This document shows, one piece after another, positions 1 to 12,935 of a stretch of DNA of 64,000 nt. This DNA comes from Mobula hypostoma (Eukaryota): NCBI RefSeq assembly GCF_963921235.1, contig NC_086097.1, positions 29,576,001-29,640,000 of the forward strand, given 5' to 3'. Positions within the stretch are counted from its first letter, which is position 1. The number at the start of each line of letters is the position of its first letter. Under the pieces are notes generated by a model. The model ran no database searches. It was not told where the DNA came from and saw nothing but the letters and a program-made list of their open reading frames with translations. The translations under genes were made by a program, and so were the position numbers.

Positions 1-91
1 AACTCGAGCATGCATTACAACCGTGGCGTGCAGAAGAACGTCTCTGAACTCACAGCACATTGACCCGTCCAAGTGGATGGCCACAAACATA

Positions 92-148
92 CACTGAGTA
101 GCCACTTTACTAGATACACGAAGTAGCTAATAATGTGGCCACTGAGTG
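92..148. mobile_element. Tiny Tc1/mariner-type MITE remnant (two TIRs only)
   Basis: cactgagtagccactttactag and ctaataatgtggccactgagtg are imperfect inverted repeats, preceded by TA. Confidence 0.55.
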
Positions 149-639
149 CATGTTCTATCACCTTTTTTACTCTGACTTTGCACGTTCTCCCTGTGAGTTT
201 GCTCTGCTTTCCTCCCACCTCCCAAAGGTGTGCGGGTCGGGGGGTTAACTGACCTCTGTAAATTGTGTAGGTGTGTGGCAGAATCTGGGGGAGTTGATGG
301 GAAGATGAAAGAATTGAAAATGCAATTAATGCCGGATCAGTGTAAACGGTTAGCAGACTCTGTGGGCTGAACAGCCTGTTGGTACACTGTGTCTCTTTGT
401 TGCTGAATGACTCATTACTGCCAGTCATGTTACCTGTCACTTTTACCAGCCCACATCCAAATCCCGCTACACAAATTGCTTCACTTGCTGCGGAGCTGGA
501 AATGGAATTGAACGTTACATAAACAACAGCAGACATCATCTGCTTCTGACTGTCTTAAGGAAAGAATGCTCCATTTGGGGAGGTTAAACCAGGGTAGGAT
601 TTCCACAGTGAGCAGCAGGCAATATTATGAACAGAGTTC

Positions 640-990
640 CCTGCAAGTACAAAATGAAGAGGGGTAGAGATAGTGTGAATGCCAGCAGGCTTTTCCCACT
701 GAGCTTGGGTGAGAACTAGAGGTCGTATGTTAAGGGTGAAAGGTGAAACATTTAAGGGGAAGCTGAGGGAGGCTTCTTCACTCAGAGGGGTGTGAGAGTG
801 AGAAGTGAACTCCAGCACAAGTGGTGGATGCGAGCTCCATTTCAACGCCGAAGAGAAGTTTGGATAGGTACAAAGGTGAGAGGGGCAGGGAGGGCTATGG
901 TCCCGGTGAAGGTTGATGGGACTTGGCAAAATAGTTCAACATGGACTAGATGGGCTGAAGGGACTTTCTGTGCTGTGGTGCTCTATGATT
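640..990 (+). mobile_element. CR1-type LINE 3' end fragment
   Basis: Typical CR1 3' sequence: actagaggtc...ttaagggtgaaaggtgaaa...ttcttcactcagagggg...gggctgaagggac. Confidence 0.7.
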
Positions 991-1410
991 CAAAAATGTC
1001 ACTGAGTGTTGAAGAAAGGATTGTGCTGGGTGTCCCGCAAGTGTTGAAACGCCTCCAGTACCAACATAGCATTCTATAATTCACTAACCATAACCGTACA
1101 TCTTAGTGGGAGGAAATTGGAGAATATCTCAACTCCCTAGAGCCAATGGCGGGAATCAAACCTCGATCTTACAACGCCTGCTGTGTGTAAACCGCTAAGC
1201 AACCTATAAGAGGCACTGGAATTTTATTCCCTGGGAACATTGCAGAGGTCTATAAAATTATGAAGGGCATAGATAGGGTAGAAAGTCACGGTACCCAGCT
1301 CCCCAACCCCACCTGCAGAGTAGCGGAGTCTTAAACAAGATGCACAAATTTAAATCAAGAGGGGAAAGATTTAAAATGGGACCTGAGGGACAACTTGTCC
1401 CACACAGAAG

Positions 1411-1668
1411 GTGGTACAGTAATACAGCAGTTAGCGTAACTAGGTTCGATTCCCGCCACTCTCTATAAAGGAGTTTGTACGTTCGCTCTGTGACCACGTA
1501 GGTTTCCTCCGAGTGCTCCAATTTCCTCCCACTTTCCAAAGACACAAGGTGAGGATTAGTGAGTTGTGGGCACCAGGAACACGGTGACACTTGTGGGCTG
1601 CCCCCAGCACAACCATCGCCCATTTGATTACAATGTACACGTGAAAATTAAAGCTAATCTTAATCTTT
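1411..1668 (+). mobile_element. tRNA-derived V-SINE (HE1-like)
   Basis: B-box GGTTCGATTCCC followed by V-domain-like ggtttcctccgagtgctccaatttcctcccc...ccaaagac. Confidence 0.7.
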
Positions 1669-2119
1669 GAACAAGCTGCCAGGGGAAGTGGTAGAGGTGC
1701 AGACAATGTCAATGATCATGGATAAGAAAGGCTTAGAAGCATATGAGCCAAACATCGGCAAACGGGACTACCTTGAGTAGACATTTTGGTTAGCATGCAC
1801 TAGTTGGGCCGAAGAGCCGATTTCCCTATTATATATCTCTAATGCTTTGTACCATCTCTCCCCACTACCTGGCACAGAGGTCCTCTCCCGTCCTAGACCC
1901 CACCCCTTTCACTCCCTTCTCTCCTCAACACTGTCACCACTCTACACTTTTAACAATCACTGCTCCCCTCTCCTGTGGCTGTCTATACACTCAGCCGGGT
2001 GCTGGTGGTGATGTTCCCAGTATGTCCCACTGCTGCAGGAGAGAGAACTTGCTGATCTGGGTGCAGGTAAATTTCCAAAACAGTCGGTTGTACAACTGCC
2101 CTGTTTGCAAAGGGTTCAG

Positions 2120-2385
2120 AGAACAGAGTTGAGGAAAAACTTTTTCACACAGAGGGTTGTGGTTCTGTGGAATGCTCTGCCTCAGAAGGCAGTGGAGGCC
2201 AATTCTCTGGATGCTTTCAAGAAAGAGTTAGATAGAGCTCTTAAAGATAGCGGAATGAAGGGATATGGGGAGAAGGCAGGAAGTGGATACTGATTGTGGA
2301 TGATCAGTCGTGATCACAGTGAATGGTGGTGCTGGCTCGAAGGGCTGAATGGCCTACTCCTGCACCTATTGCCTATTGTCTATAG
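2120..2385 (+). mobile_element. Well-preserved CR1 LINE 3' end
   Basis: Translates to RKNFFTQRVVVLWNALPQKAVEANSLDAFKKELD (CR1 ORF2 C-terminus), followed by a 3'UTR ending gaatggcctactcctgcacctattg. Confidence 0.85.
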
Positions 2386-2427
2386 AACACTGTAAATAGA
2401 GCAGTATAGCACCATACTGGCCCGAAT

Positions 2428-3078
2428 ATGCTGGAGGAACTCAGCAGGTCAGGCAGCATTTATGAAGGGGAATCAACATTTGAGATAGAGACTCTTCATC
2501 ACGACTTCTCCAGGGACAATTAAAGGAGGTAACAACTGGTGATCGTACCAGCAGACCCCACATCCTCATTCTCCCCCTCCCCTTCTCTCTTTTTCCATTC
2601 CTCATTCTTGTTCCCCTCTTACCCCTTCACCTCTCCTCACCTGCTTATCACCTCCCTCTGAAACCCCTCCTCCTTCTCTTTCTCCCATGGTCCACTCTCT
2701 TCTCATTCCTTCCTCACAGCCCTTTAGCTCTTCCACCTCTCACCTTCCAGGTTCTTTCTTTGTACCCCTCCCCCACCCACCCACCTACATTTTCCCTCAC
2801 CTATTACCTACCATCTTGTCCTCCTTCCCCTCTCCCTAACTTCTTATTCTGGCTTTTGCCCTCTTCCTTCTCAGTCCCAATGAAGGGTCTCAGCCTAACA
2901 AACAAGAGAAAATCTGCAGATGCTGGAAACCCAAAGCAACACATCAGGACTGGTGAAGGGTCTCTGCCCGAAACGTTGACTGTTTACTCTTTTCCATGGA
3001 TGCTGCCTGGCCTGCTGAGTTCCTCCAGTATTTCGTGTGTGTTGCTCTGGATTTACCTCATCTGTAGAATTTCTTGGG
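2428..3078. mobile_element. Penelope-like element terminal-repeat fragments in both orientations
   Basis: gctggaggaactcagcagg and its reverse complement, a pyrimidine tract and gaagggtctc..cccgaaacg motifs, all shared with the Penelope copy at 63.1 kb. Confidence 0.7.
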
Positions 3079-4772
3079 CTTACAAAACAGGTCCTTTGGC
3101 CCACAATCTGTGCTGACCTTTTAACCTACTCCAAGACAAGTCCAACCCTTTCCACCCACGTGGCCCTCCATTTTCCTCTCATCCATTCGATGTAAAGCTA
3201 ATCTTAAAAACAAAACTGATCTTTATTTTTCTTTCATCCATGTCCCTGATATATCTGTCTCTACCAACACTCATCGTGGTGTGTTCCATGCACCCACAAC
3301 GGTGTGTGTAAAAAAAACTTAACTCTGACATTCTCCCCTATACTTTCCTCCAATCACCTTGAAATTATACTCCTTCGTATAAACCATTGCTTCCCTGGGA
3401 AAAAGTCTCTGGATGTCCTTCTATCTATGCCTCTTGTCATCTTGTACATCTCTCATCCTCCTTCACTCTAAAGAGAAGAGCCCTAGCTTGCTTAACCTAC
3501 CTTCATAAAACATGCAAGGTTGTGCAATGTCAAGTCAGATTAATTCCGTGGATCTGGAGCTACAAATAGGCTTAGATTAAAGGGCTGGGCTGAAGCCATT
3601 CCATATTACAAATGGGAGTAGGTGTGAGCTCCACCCAGTCTCAACCAATAAGGTTAGTTGCTGGTGACTGGGTTTTCCTCATAGTGGTTCCGGTAAACAC
3701 AAAGCAAAAGACACCTTGCAAAATCTGAGAGAGTACCACCCAAACCACAGAGCTTGAGTGATACAAAAAGATTAAAGATCAGCTTTATCCGTCACGCGTA
3801 CATCAAAGCACATGGTGAAATTCAGTCTGTGGATGTGCTGGGGGTCGCCCAAAGGTGTCACCGAGCTTCTTTCACCAACATGGGATGCCCACAACTCACT
3901 AACCCCAACTGGTACGTGGGAGGAACCCGGAGCATCTGACAGAAACCCGCGCGGACTCGGGGAGAACGCACCAACTCTTTGCAGACTGCAGCGGGAACTG
4001 AACCCTGGGTCTTACGGCTGGCACCGTATGACGTTACACTATGTGCCGTGGACGCAACAGGCAATCTTCCAGACAAAGCTATTGAAATGTTTTCCGATTT
4101 CATAACATCACCCTCATAAAATCTGCAGTATGGGCGGGGGGGGGGAACGAAGTGGAGTAAAAGTGAAAGTGAACAGTTTTGCAGACTGTTCATGTTATTA
4201 CACGGTGCACTGAGGTACTACAAGGTAAAACAATAACAATACGGAATCAAGTGTAAAATCTGCAGGGAAATCTACATTTCCAGCATCTGCAATCTCTCTT
4301 GTATTCCACGTTTGAGTCGTGCAGAGTAACAGGCCAGTTGGCCCCCAGTGTCCATGACAACCCACTGACATCTCATGATAACCTGTATTTGATCTTCTAC
4401 TTAGAGAAAATAGGACAGTACAGCACAGGCCCACTGTGTCTGTGCTGGCCATGATGCCAAACTGCACTAGCCTCATCTGCCAGCATGTGACCCATACCCC
4501 TTCATTTCCCTGTCTAAATGCACCGTAAATGTTTCTATCATCCGACCTCTGCATCCACTCTCTCCCTGACAGCGTGTTTCAGGCATCCAGCACACTCGAT
4601 GTAAAATACACTTGCCCTGCACATCTCCTTTAAACTTTTCCCCTCTCACCTTAAACCTATGCCCTCTCGTTTTCGACATCTCCACCCTGGGAAAATGTCC
4701 ATCAGTTTTATTATTACTGACGTGTGTCATGAAACGAGTTGTTTGACAGCGGCAGTACAGTGCAACACATTA

Positions 4773-5904
4773 TTGAATTGAATTGACTTTCACTTCTTAC
4801 ATCCTTCATATACAAGGAGTAAAAATCTTTATGTTACGTCTCCATCTAGATGTGCCATGTGCAATCATAGTAATTTATAATAAATAGAACAGTCAATGTA
4901 ATACAGAGTACACTCAAATCAGCGTGAGTTCATCAGTCTGATGGCCTGTTGGAAGAAGCTGTCCTGGAGCCTGTTGGTCCTGGCTTTTATGCTGCGGTAC
5001 CATTTCCCAGATGGTAGCAGCTGGAACAGTTTGTGGTTGGGGTGACTCGGGTCCCCAATGATCCTGCGGGCCCTTTTTACACACCTGTCCTTGTAAATGT
5101 CCTGAATCATGGGAAGGTCACAACTACAGATGTGCTGGTCTGTCCGCACCACTCTCTGCAGAGTCCTGTGATTAAGGGAGGTACAGTTACCATACCAGGC
5201 AGTGGTGCAGCCAGTCAGGATGCTCTCAATTGTGTCCCTGTAGAAAGTTCTTAGGATCTGGGGACCCATACCAAACTTCTTCAACCACCTGAGGTGAAAG
5301 AGGCACTGTTGTGCTTTTTTCACCACACAGACGGTATGTACAGACCACGTGAGTTCCTCAGTGATGTGGATGCCGAGGAACTTAAAGCTGTTTACCCTCT
5401 CAACCCCAGACCCACTGATGTCAATCGGGGTTAGCCCGTCTCCATTCCTCCTGTAGTCCACAACCAGCTCCTTTGTTTTTGCGACATTGAGGGAGAGGTT
5501 GTTTCCTTGACATCACTGTGTCAGAGAAATAACTTCTTCCCTGTAGGCCACCTCGTTATTGTTTGAGATTGTACAATCAATGTCGTGTTGTTGGCAAATT
5601 TAATTAGCAGATTGGAGCTGTGGGTGGTGATACAGCCGTGGGTATACAGGGAGTAAAGGAGGGGACTCAGTACGCAGCCCTGAAGGGCTCCTGTGTTGAG
5701 AGTCAGAGGGTTGGAGGTGAGGGAGCGCACTCTTACCACCTGCCGGCAATCTGACAGGAAGCCCAGGATCCAGCTGCACAAGGCAGGGTCAAGGCCGAGG
5801 TCTCTGAGCTTCTTGTCGAGCCTGGATGGAACTGTGGCATTGAATGCTGAACTGTAGTCCAAGAACAGCATTCTCACCTAAACATCCTTCTTCTCCAGAT
5901 GTGT
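4773..5904 (-). mobile_element. Rex1/Babar-type LINE, 5'-truncated, RT C-terminal half plus 3'UTR
   Basis: ORFs 5521-5877 (MLFLDYSSAFN...[18 protein letters not shown]) and 4919-5461 (VERVNSFKFLGIHI...ESILTGCTTAWYGN...HPNHKLFQLLPSGK); (ATTCA)n-type tail. Confidence 0.9.
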
Positions 5905-6325
5905 ACAACCCCAGAAATAAACTAAAAGCAACATTAAAATGAACAAGCGCCAAAAGTGAGATGGTGTTCACTGTCCATTCAGAAGTCTGACGGCAGAGGG
6001 TGAAAAGCTGTTACTACAACATTGAGTGTGTGTCTTCAGGCTCCAGTACCTCCACCCTGATGGTAGTAATGAGAAGGGGACGTGTTCTGGGTTGTAGAGG
6101 TCCTTAACGATGGATGCCACCTTCTTGCGGTATCACTTGTTAAAGATGCCTCGCTGGGGGGGAGGGGAGGGGAGGGGAGTGCCCATGATGAGCAAACAAT
6201 CCACTGCAGTTTTTTCTGATCCTGTTAAGTGGTCCCTCTGCACCAGACGGTGATGCAACCAGTCCGAATGCTCTCCAAGGTACATCTGTAGAAGTTTCTG
6301 ATCTCTACCCTATCTATATCTTCCA

Positions 6326-7388
6326 TCTATATACTACTAAAACTCTCGTGCTCTGTCTGTCTGTTTGTGACCTCCAATTAGCGCAAATGGTGCATCACAG
6401 CGGCACTTTTTTGGCTAACTCGAATTAAAATGCGCTAACTTACAGAATGCAGGCAAAGTTCAGGGTTTGTATAAAATTGCTCATTCGCAAAAATCAACAG
6501 GCTCCCTTTTAACCTGAGAGCTGATCCGCCATCATAGCAATCGGGACGTGACAGCCCAACGCATGCACACGGCCAGCCTCAGCAGCGACACCTACCGGAG
6601 CAAAAGGGCAGGGCAGCTCTATTTCGAGGGGTCACATTCTGCTAATCACCATCAGCATGTGCAGGATTGGGACAGATCTGACTGCCACCCATCAATAAGA
6701 GATAATTAAATCTTATTGTAATGACATACTTCGAGACACCCATAAAACCCTTTGCTACAGTCAGAGGACAGCAGTGACTATATCACGTCCATTTAAGAGA
6801 GCGCCAACCATATCATCAAAAATAATCAGCATCCTTTGGTGTTACTGCTTTGTATCTTCTATCCAGCATTAGGGTAAAAAAGAAAAGGTCAGCCTAATTA
6901 TGCCGCGTGGTCAAGAGATGATGCCAAACGTCGTCGGGAAGCGGCAAGGAGAGGCAGAGAACAAGAATCGGATGAGACCAGGGCCGCACGACTCCAGGAT
7001 CAAAGAGTCAGGACAAAAAAAGATGAGAGAAGAAGAGACAGAGGAGGAGAGGCATGCACGTCTCCAGGATCAGAGACAAACAACAAACAGCAGGAGAGAT
7101 GAAGAGATGGGGGATGAAAGGACTGCATGTCTCCAGAATGACAACAAGAGGCACAAGGGTGGCAGATAAGCCGAAATGATGCCAAAAAGTGTCCTTCGTT
7201 AAATGAGGAGCAGCTATATTTGCTTTGCTACGTGTCGTTCTTCTTTAATAAACTGAGGTTTCCTACTTCAGTTTCCAAAGCAAAGTGATACCAATAGCAT
7301 TCAGGAAAACTTAATGTTCATTCTGGTCACATCAGACTGCACTACCCTTCTCTCAAAGGGTGCCCCATCGGGTCACCCCGTTGTCTAG
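6326..7388 (+). mobile_element. Non-autonomous Helitron (1063 bp)
   Basis: 5' TC(TATATACTACTAAAA), 3' CTAG, GC-rich subterminal hairpin at 7358-7378. Inserted between A and T with no TSD; removing it rejoins a CR1 remnant (tatcttcca|taattttata). Confidence 0.88.
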
Positions 7389-8411
7389 TAATTTTATATA
7401 TTTCTATTAGGTCTCTCCTCAGCCACTACCACTGCAGAGAAAACAGCCCAAGTTTGTCAAGCTGTCCTAATAGCTCATACCCTCTAATCCAGACAGCCAC
7501 CTGGCGAGCTCCTCCTGCACCCTCTCCAAAGCCATGTCCTTCCTGTGGTGGGACAACCAAAACTGCACACACTACTCCAAATGTGTCCGAACAACTGATT
7601 TATAGGGCTGCAACCTTACGTCCCGACTCTCGTAGTCAACACTGCAACCAATGACGGCTAGTATGCCTTTCGCCTTCTTTACTCCCCTATCTACTATGCG
7701 ATTTGACAGCTTAAAGGCTGTGAGAGCATTCACGTAACCACTCCCGATGGAGAAAGGTTCCTCCTGAACTCCAAGCAGAATATTTTATGCTTCTGCTCCG
7801 CAGCTGCAGTGCAGAATGGCATTTATTATTTTGGTTGGGATGGGCGCTGTAAGAATGCAGCTCCTATTGTTTCTGGTAATTTGAAGCAACTCTTTTCTGG
7901 GTGTGACGATGTCCATGACAATAATGAGTTACTCACGTTCAGGCTGCCTAGAGCTCATTGAAAAATAAAGATTCTTGGGTGCACATCCTTGCATTAACCT
8001 CCTGGGACACATCCAACAGTTGGCAGCCCCTTCCCTGGCATTGTTCTGACATCCCCTGGCAGACAGCCCATCTATTCATAACAATGACGCCTCTTTACCA
8101 ATGCCACGCCCTACCACAAGAGGAAGAAAGGTCCTTGATAGGGGACTTGAAGTGGTATGTTCTCTCAGTCAGATATTCAGGGTTTCCACTACAAGAGCCA
8201 AAAAAAACCTTATTCAAGAACAGAACATAGAACAGCGCGCAGCTTACAAAACTACTAAATATACTTTTGCACTATCTTTACACTTTGAATAAGACCAGTT
8301 CACATAGAACAGTGGCTCACAGTACAGGCCCTTTGGCCCACAATGTCATGTCAACCTTTTAACCGACTCTGACATCAACCTAACCGTTACTTCCTGTATA
8401 GCCCCCTGTCC

Positions 8412-8797
8412 GGGTGGCACGGCAGCATGGCAGTCACTGCAGCACTTTAGTGCCAGCAAACAGAACAGGGTTCAGTTCTGCCACTGTCCATAAGGAGTCT
8501 GTACGTTCTCCCTGTGACTGCGTGGGTTTCTTCCCACATTCCAAAAAAAAAGACTTGGGTCTAGGTTCAGTAAGTTGTGGGTATGCTATATTGGCCACGT
8601 CACAGAAACTGGCATAAGCACCGGCCTGATGGGCCACAAGGCTCGGGACAGACTTTAACAAAAAAATGCTATGTTGGCACCAGAAGCAGGCTGCCTCCAG
8701 CACATCGTCGGACCGTGTTGGTCATTGACACAAAAATAATGCAATTCATTGTATGTTTTGATATATCGATGTAACTGTGACAAATAAAACTAATCTG
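8412..8797 (+). mobile_element. V-SINE with LINE-like tail
   Basis: Degenerate tRNA head (gggttcagttctg), then gtacgttctccctgtgactgcgtgggtttc, and tail gtgacaaataaaactaatct. Confidence 0.65.
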
Positions 8798-8799
8798 TA

Positions 8800-9470
8800 T
8801 TTTTCTTTCGTCCATATGCCTATCTAAGAGTTTCTTAAATATCACTAATGTATCTGTCTGTACCACCACCCCTGGTGGCGTGTTCCACACACCCAACACT
8901 CTAATAAAACCTCCCTCTGCCATCATCCCAGACTTTCCTCCAATCACCTCAAAATTACATTTTCACCTTGTGTAAATCATCCCTGCCCTGGGAAAAAGCC
9001 TCTGGCTGTCCACTCTATCTACGCCCCTTCTCATCTTGTATACCTTTATCAAGTCACCTCCCAGCCTCTTTCGCTCCAAAGAGGACAGCCCTAGCTCACT
9101 CAACCTTACCTTCATATGGCATGCCCTCTAATCCAGGAAGCATCCTGGTAAATCTCCCCTGCGCCCGTTCTACAGCTTTCGCACCCTTCCTATAATGAGA
9201 TGCCACAATACTCCAAGTGTGGTCTAACTAGAGTTTCATAGAGCTATTGAGATTTATAGAGTTAGATTTTATAGAGCTTTACAGAGTTACAGTGCTTTAC
9301 AGAGCTGCAGTGTTACCTCACAGCTCTTGAACGTGAGCCCTTGACTAATGAAGGCCAACACACCATACGCCTTCTTAACCACCCCATCAACTTGCGCAGC
9401 AACTTTGCGGACTCTAGGAACTTGAATCCCGGGATCCCCCCGTTCCTCCACACTGCTCGGAGTCCTACCG
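8800..9470 (-). mobile_element. Degraded CR1 LINE 3' region
   Basis: Minus-strand translation VAAQVDGVVKKAYGVLAFISQG...CEVTLQL is CR1 ORF2. Confidence 0.75.
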
Positions 9471-12400
9471 ACCTGCCTGACTTTATAACGTCGCACTGTA
9501 CTGCTCCCAAAGCCATAAGGGTCATCGAGAGATAGAGCAGAGAAACAGGCCCTTTGTCCAGCTGAGTCCGAGCTGACCATCAGTGACCCACTCAATATTC
9601 ACCCACAATTCCCATAAATCCATCCCTGGTTCTGTTCCCCACCCACACACTGGGGGAAACCGATAGTGACTGATTAACCTAACCAACTAGCCGGCAGAGT
9701 TTTGGGATAAGGGAGGAACTGGAGCACCCGGGGAAACCCGGACAGTGAGGAGGAGGACATAAAAGATCCACACAGACAGCACCCGAGGTCAGGATCTCTG
9801 GCACCGTGAGCCAGGCAGTGGCTCTACCCACTGCCTCATCACAGAGAGGCACCCGGTTTCACTTGCTCTGCCCCTCGCTTTTCAAGTTCATATCATCCCA
9901 ACTGCACCTCGGGCAGGAAGAGGGGAGAGAAATTCAAGATGGCATTTCAAACACCTCGCTGAAGACACAAGATGGTAGAAAGTGGGAGAAACCAAAGGAG
10001 AAGTTGTTCAAATTCCAGCGGGTGGAGAAGAATGTTAGTGGACTGCATTGGTTTACTTTAGGCACTAGAAGGAATTTTACATCCCCAAGGCCTTCCTGAT
10101 GGGGTGTGGAAGTACACTGGCAACACACAATGTAGTACAATGCAGCACAGGCCATGTCTGTGCCAAACACAAGGCTAAGTCAAACCAAATCTCCTCTGCC
10201 TGCACATGATCCACATTCCACCATTCCCTGCAGATCCCGTGCCTGTCTAAAAGCCTCTGTTGTACTGCGTTCCGGGCAGCCCATTCCAGACCCAATATTC
10301 TCGCCGGCACACTATCGAGTTCATCCTCAAAGAGCGTACCTCAAGCAGGCAGCATCCCTCATTAAGGACCCTCACCGTCCAGGACATGCCCTGTCCTTGT
10401 TACTACCAACAGGGAAGAGGTACAGGAGCCCTGGAGATACACATTCAACGATTCAGAAATAACTTCTTCAGATTCATCTATCTATCAGACAGTGAAAAGT
10501 GCCGTTTGCATTAACAGCCAACCCACCTGCTGGGGGCTGCCCGCAAGTGTAGCCACACCTACCGGGGTCATGATGTTCAGCAGAACCACACAAGCGGCAA
10601 CAGGAAAGCAAGGCCCATTCCTCCCTCCTACCCACACACAGGCAGTCCTCCAACGCCAGGACAGGCTGTCTGACTCGCTGACACCGGGCCTTCCACTTTC
10701 CCAGCAGACTTGCAGAGCCAGGCTTCAGCTATTGACCTCTGGATTCCAACTGATCTTCGGGCTTCAATACTCGGCATCAACCGAAATCTCACCAATAGTG
10801 ACAATGAAGGACCCCAAACACCAGGCCTTGAACTTCAGACTCACCGATAACAGGATAACTCCATCATCAGATATCTGAACAGTCTTGAACAATACCTCAC
10901 TATTCCATAATGTATTTATTTATAAACGTGCAGTACCGCTGTCACAAAACAAATTTCTGAACATTGTGGGCATGCTATGTTGGTGCCAGAATGTGAGGTA
11001 ACACTTGCGGGCTGCCCCCAGCACATCCTCCGGTGCGGTGGTTGTTAACGCAAACGGGACACTTCACTCTACGTTTCGACGCGCGTGACAAATCAACTCG
11101 AATCTTGACATGCAATGTTCTGCCGAGCATTGTGGGAACGCTACTGGTGGCGGAATGTGCAGCAAGAGTCGCGGGATGCCACCGGTGTGCTGGTCATTAA
11201 CGCCAACGATGCGTGTTCGGACGTACATGTGACACGTAAATGTACATCTGAATCTGATATGTCAGTGATATTAAACCTCACTCTGATGTCATCTGGCTGT
11301 TGATCATCTGGACCAAGGTTAGAACAGAACAACAGGATCATCACCTCAGCTGCTCCGGACCTTGGCAGTCAGGGCAGAAATCTTGGCATAATGAAGCACA
11401 GCCCACTGCAATCCCAGAGGGCACTCTGCACTGCACATGAGAATTCTTTACCCATCCACAAACTACTCACCGCCAACACCATTTGTGTGGAAGACCCGTC
11501 TTCCGACAAAATACACAAGACTATAAGGCATGAGAGCAGAACTAGGCCATTCTGCTCATCGAGTTTATAGAAGGAGTGGCAGCCAATCAGCTGTCCACTC
11601 TCCGCATAAAGAACACTTAACGTAAAACAGTACAGGCCCTTCGGCCCACTCCAACGCTGGTGGACGTACTTGAGGCAGGAAGAGCCCAGGAACAATGGAG
11701 GGGACTGGGACCAACTTTGATTAACTGACTCCTAGACCTTTCACTTGTGGTTGACAGACTCCCACCACCCCCCCACCCCCACAATGTGTTCATGTGTCAC
11801 AGGTCTTTTGCCCAGCTCTAACCCATAGTCTGCTCTGAAAATTTTGGAGCCCTAATAATTTTTGTAAACTACTTAAGACTTAATTTGGTTCAAGCCAATG
11901 GGGTCATAGAACAGAGCAGTACAATACAGCAAAGTACAAATCCATTGGCCCAAACTGTTGTGTCGAACTTTTAGCCGCCTCTAAGATTAATCTATCACTT
12001 CCCTCTCTCATAGCCCTCCATCAGCAAATCCCCTCAGGCAGGTGGGTCCCAAGATCAGATGCTCATGACAGCTGGTACACGAGTCGGCAACACCTGGTTC
12101 AAGGCCTAGAGTTCAGGGCCCTGTCATCAATTGGTGCTGGGGTCGATACAGAAGATTGAAACCTGAAGGTTGATTGGAAGTCTGGAAATACAGGCCTGAC
12201 GGTCAAAAGCCCTGGGTCTACGTGTCTAAAGTCCACTGGGGAAGTCAGAGGTCCATTGTCTGCGAGTCCGCTGGAGGCCCAAGGCCTGTCCTGGAGTTGG
12301 AGGATTGTCTTGAGTGGGTATGTGGTGGTTTTAGGAACGGGACTTGTTTTTCTGTTGTTATTTTGGTGCTTGTTTTGTTCTGTGTTGTTCTGCTGAGCAC

Positions 12401-12649
12401 TGTAGGGATACTATGTTGGCACCGGGACATGTGGCGACACCTGTACAGGTTTATCCTGAGCTTGTGCTGGGTGTTAACACAAATGAAGCATTTCACTGTC
12501 TGTTCTGATGCACGTGATAAATGAGTGAGTCTGAATCTGATTTTTTTTTAAAAAATCACACTGTACACATGCCTACAGAAGAGTCTCTTAAATGCCCCTA
12601 ATGTATCTACCTCCCACATAGCCCTCCATCCGGCATAATAGTGAGGCAC

Positions 12650-12935
12650 TCAGCATAACATGAGTAGAATTCAATTCTGCTGCTGTCTGTAAGGCACCTG
12701 TATGTACTGTACTCCCCTGACTGCATGGGTTTCCTCCGGTTGCTCCAGTTTCCTCCCACAATCCAAAAAATAGTCTTCCCGTTTAGGGTCAGTAAGTTGT
12801 GGACACGCCATCTTGGCAGCGGAAGCAGGCTGCCCCAGCACATCATCGGACAGTGTCAGTCATTGACGCAAAAATGTATTTCACTGTATGTTTTACATCG
12901 AAACCTCAAATGTGACAGATGAAACTAATCTTTAT
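12650..12935 (+). mobile_element. V-SINE copy
   Basis: gggtttcctccggttgctccagtttcctcccacaatccaaaa core followed by the shared tail. Confidence 0.65.
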
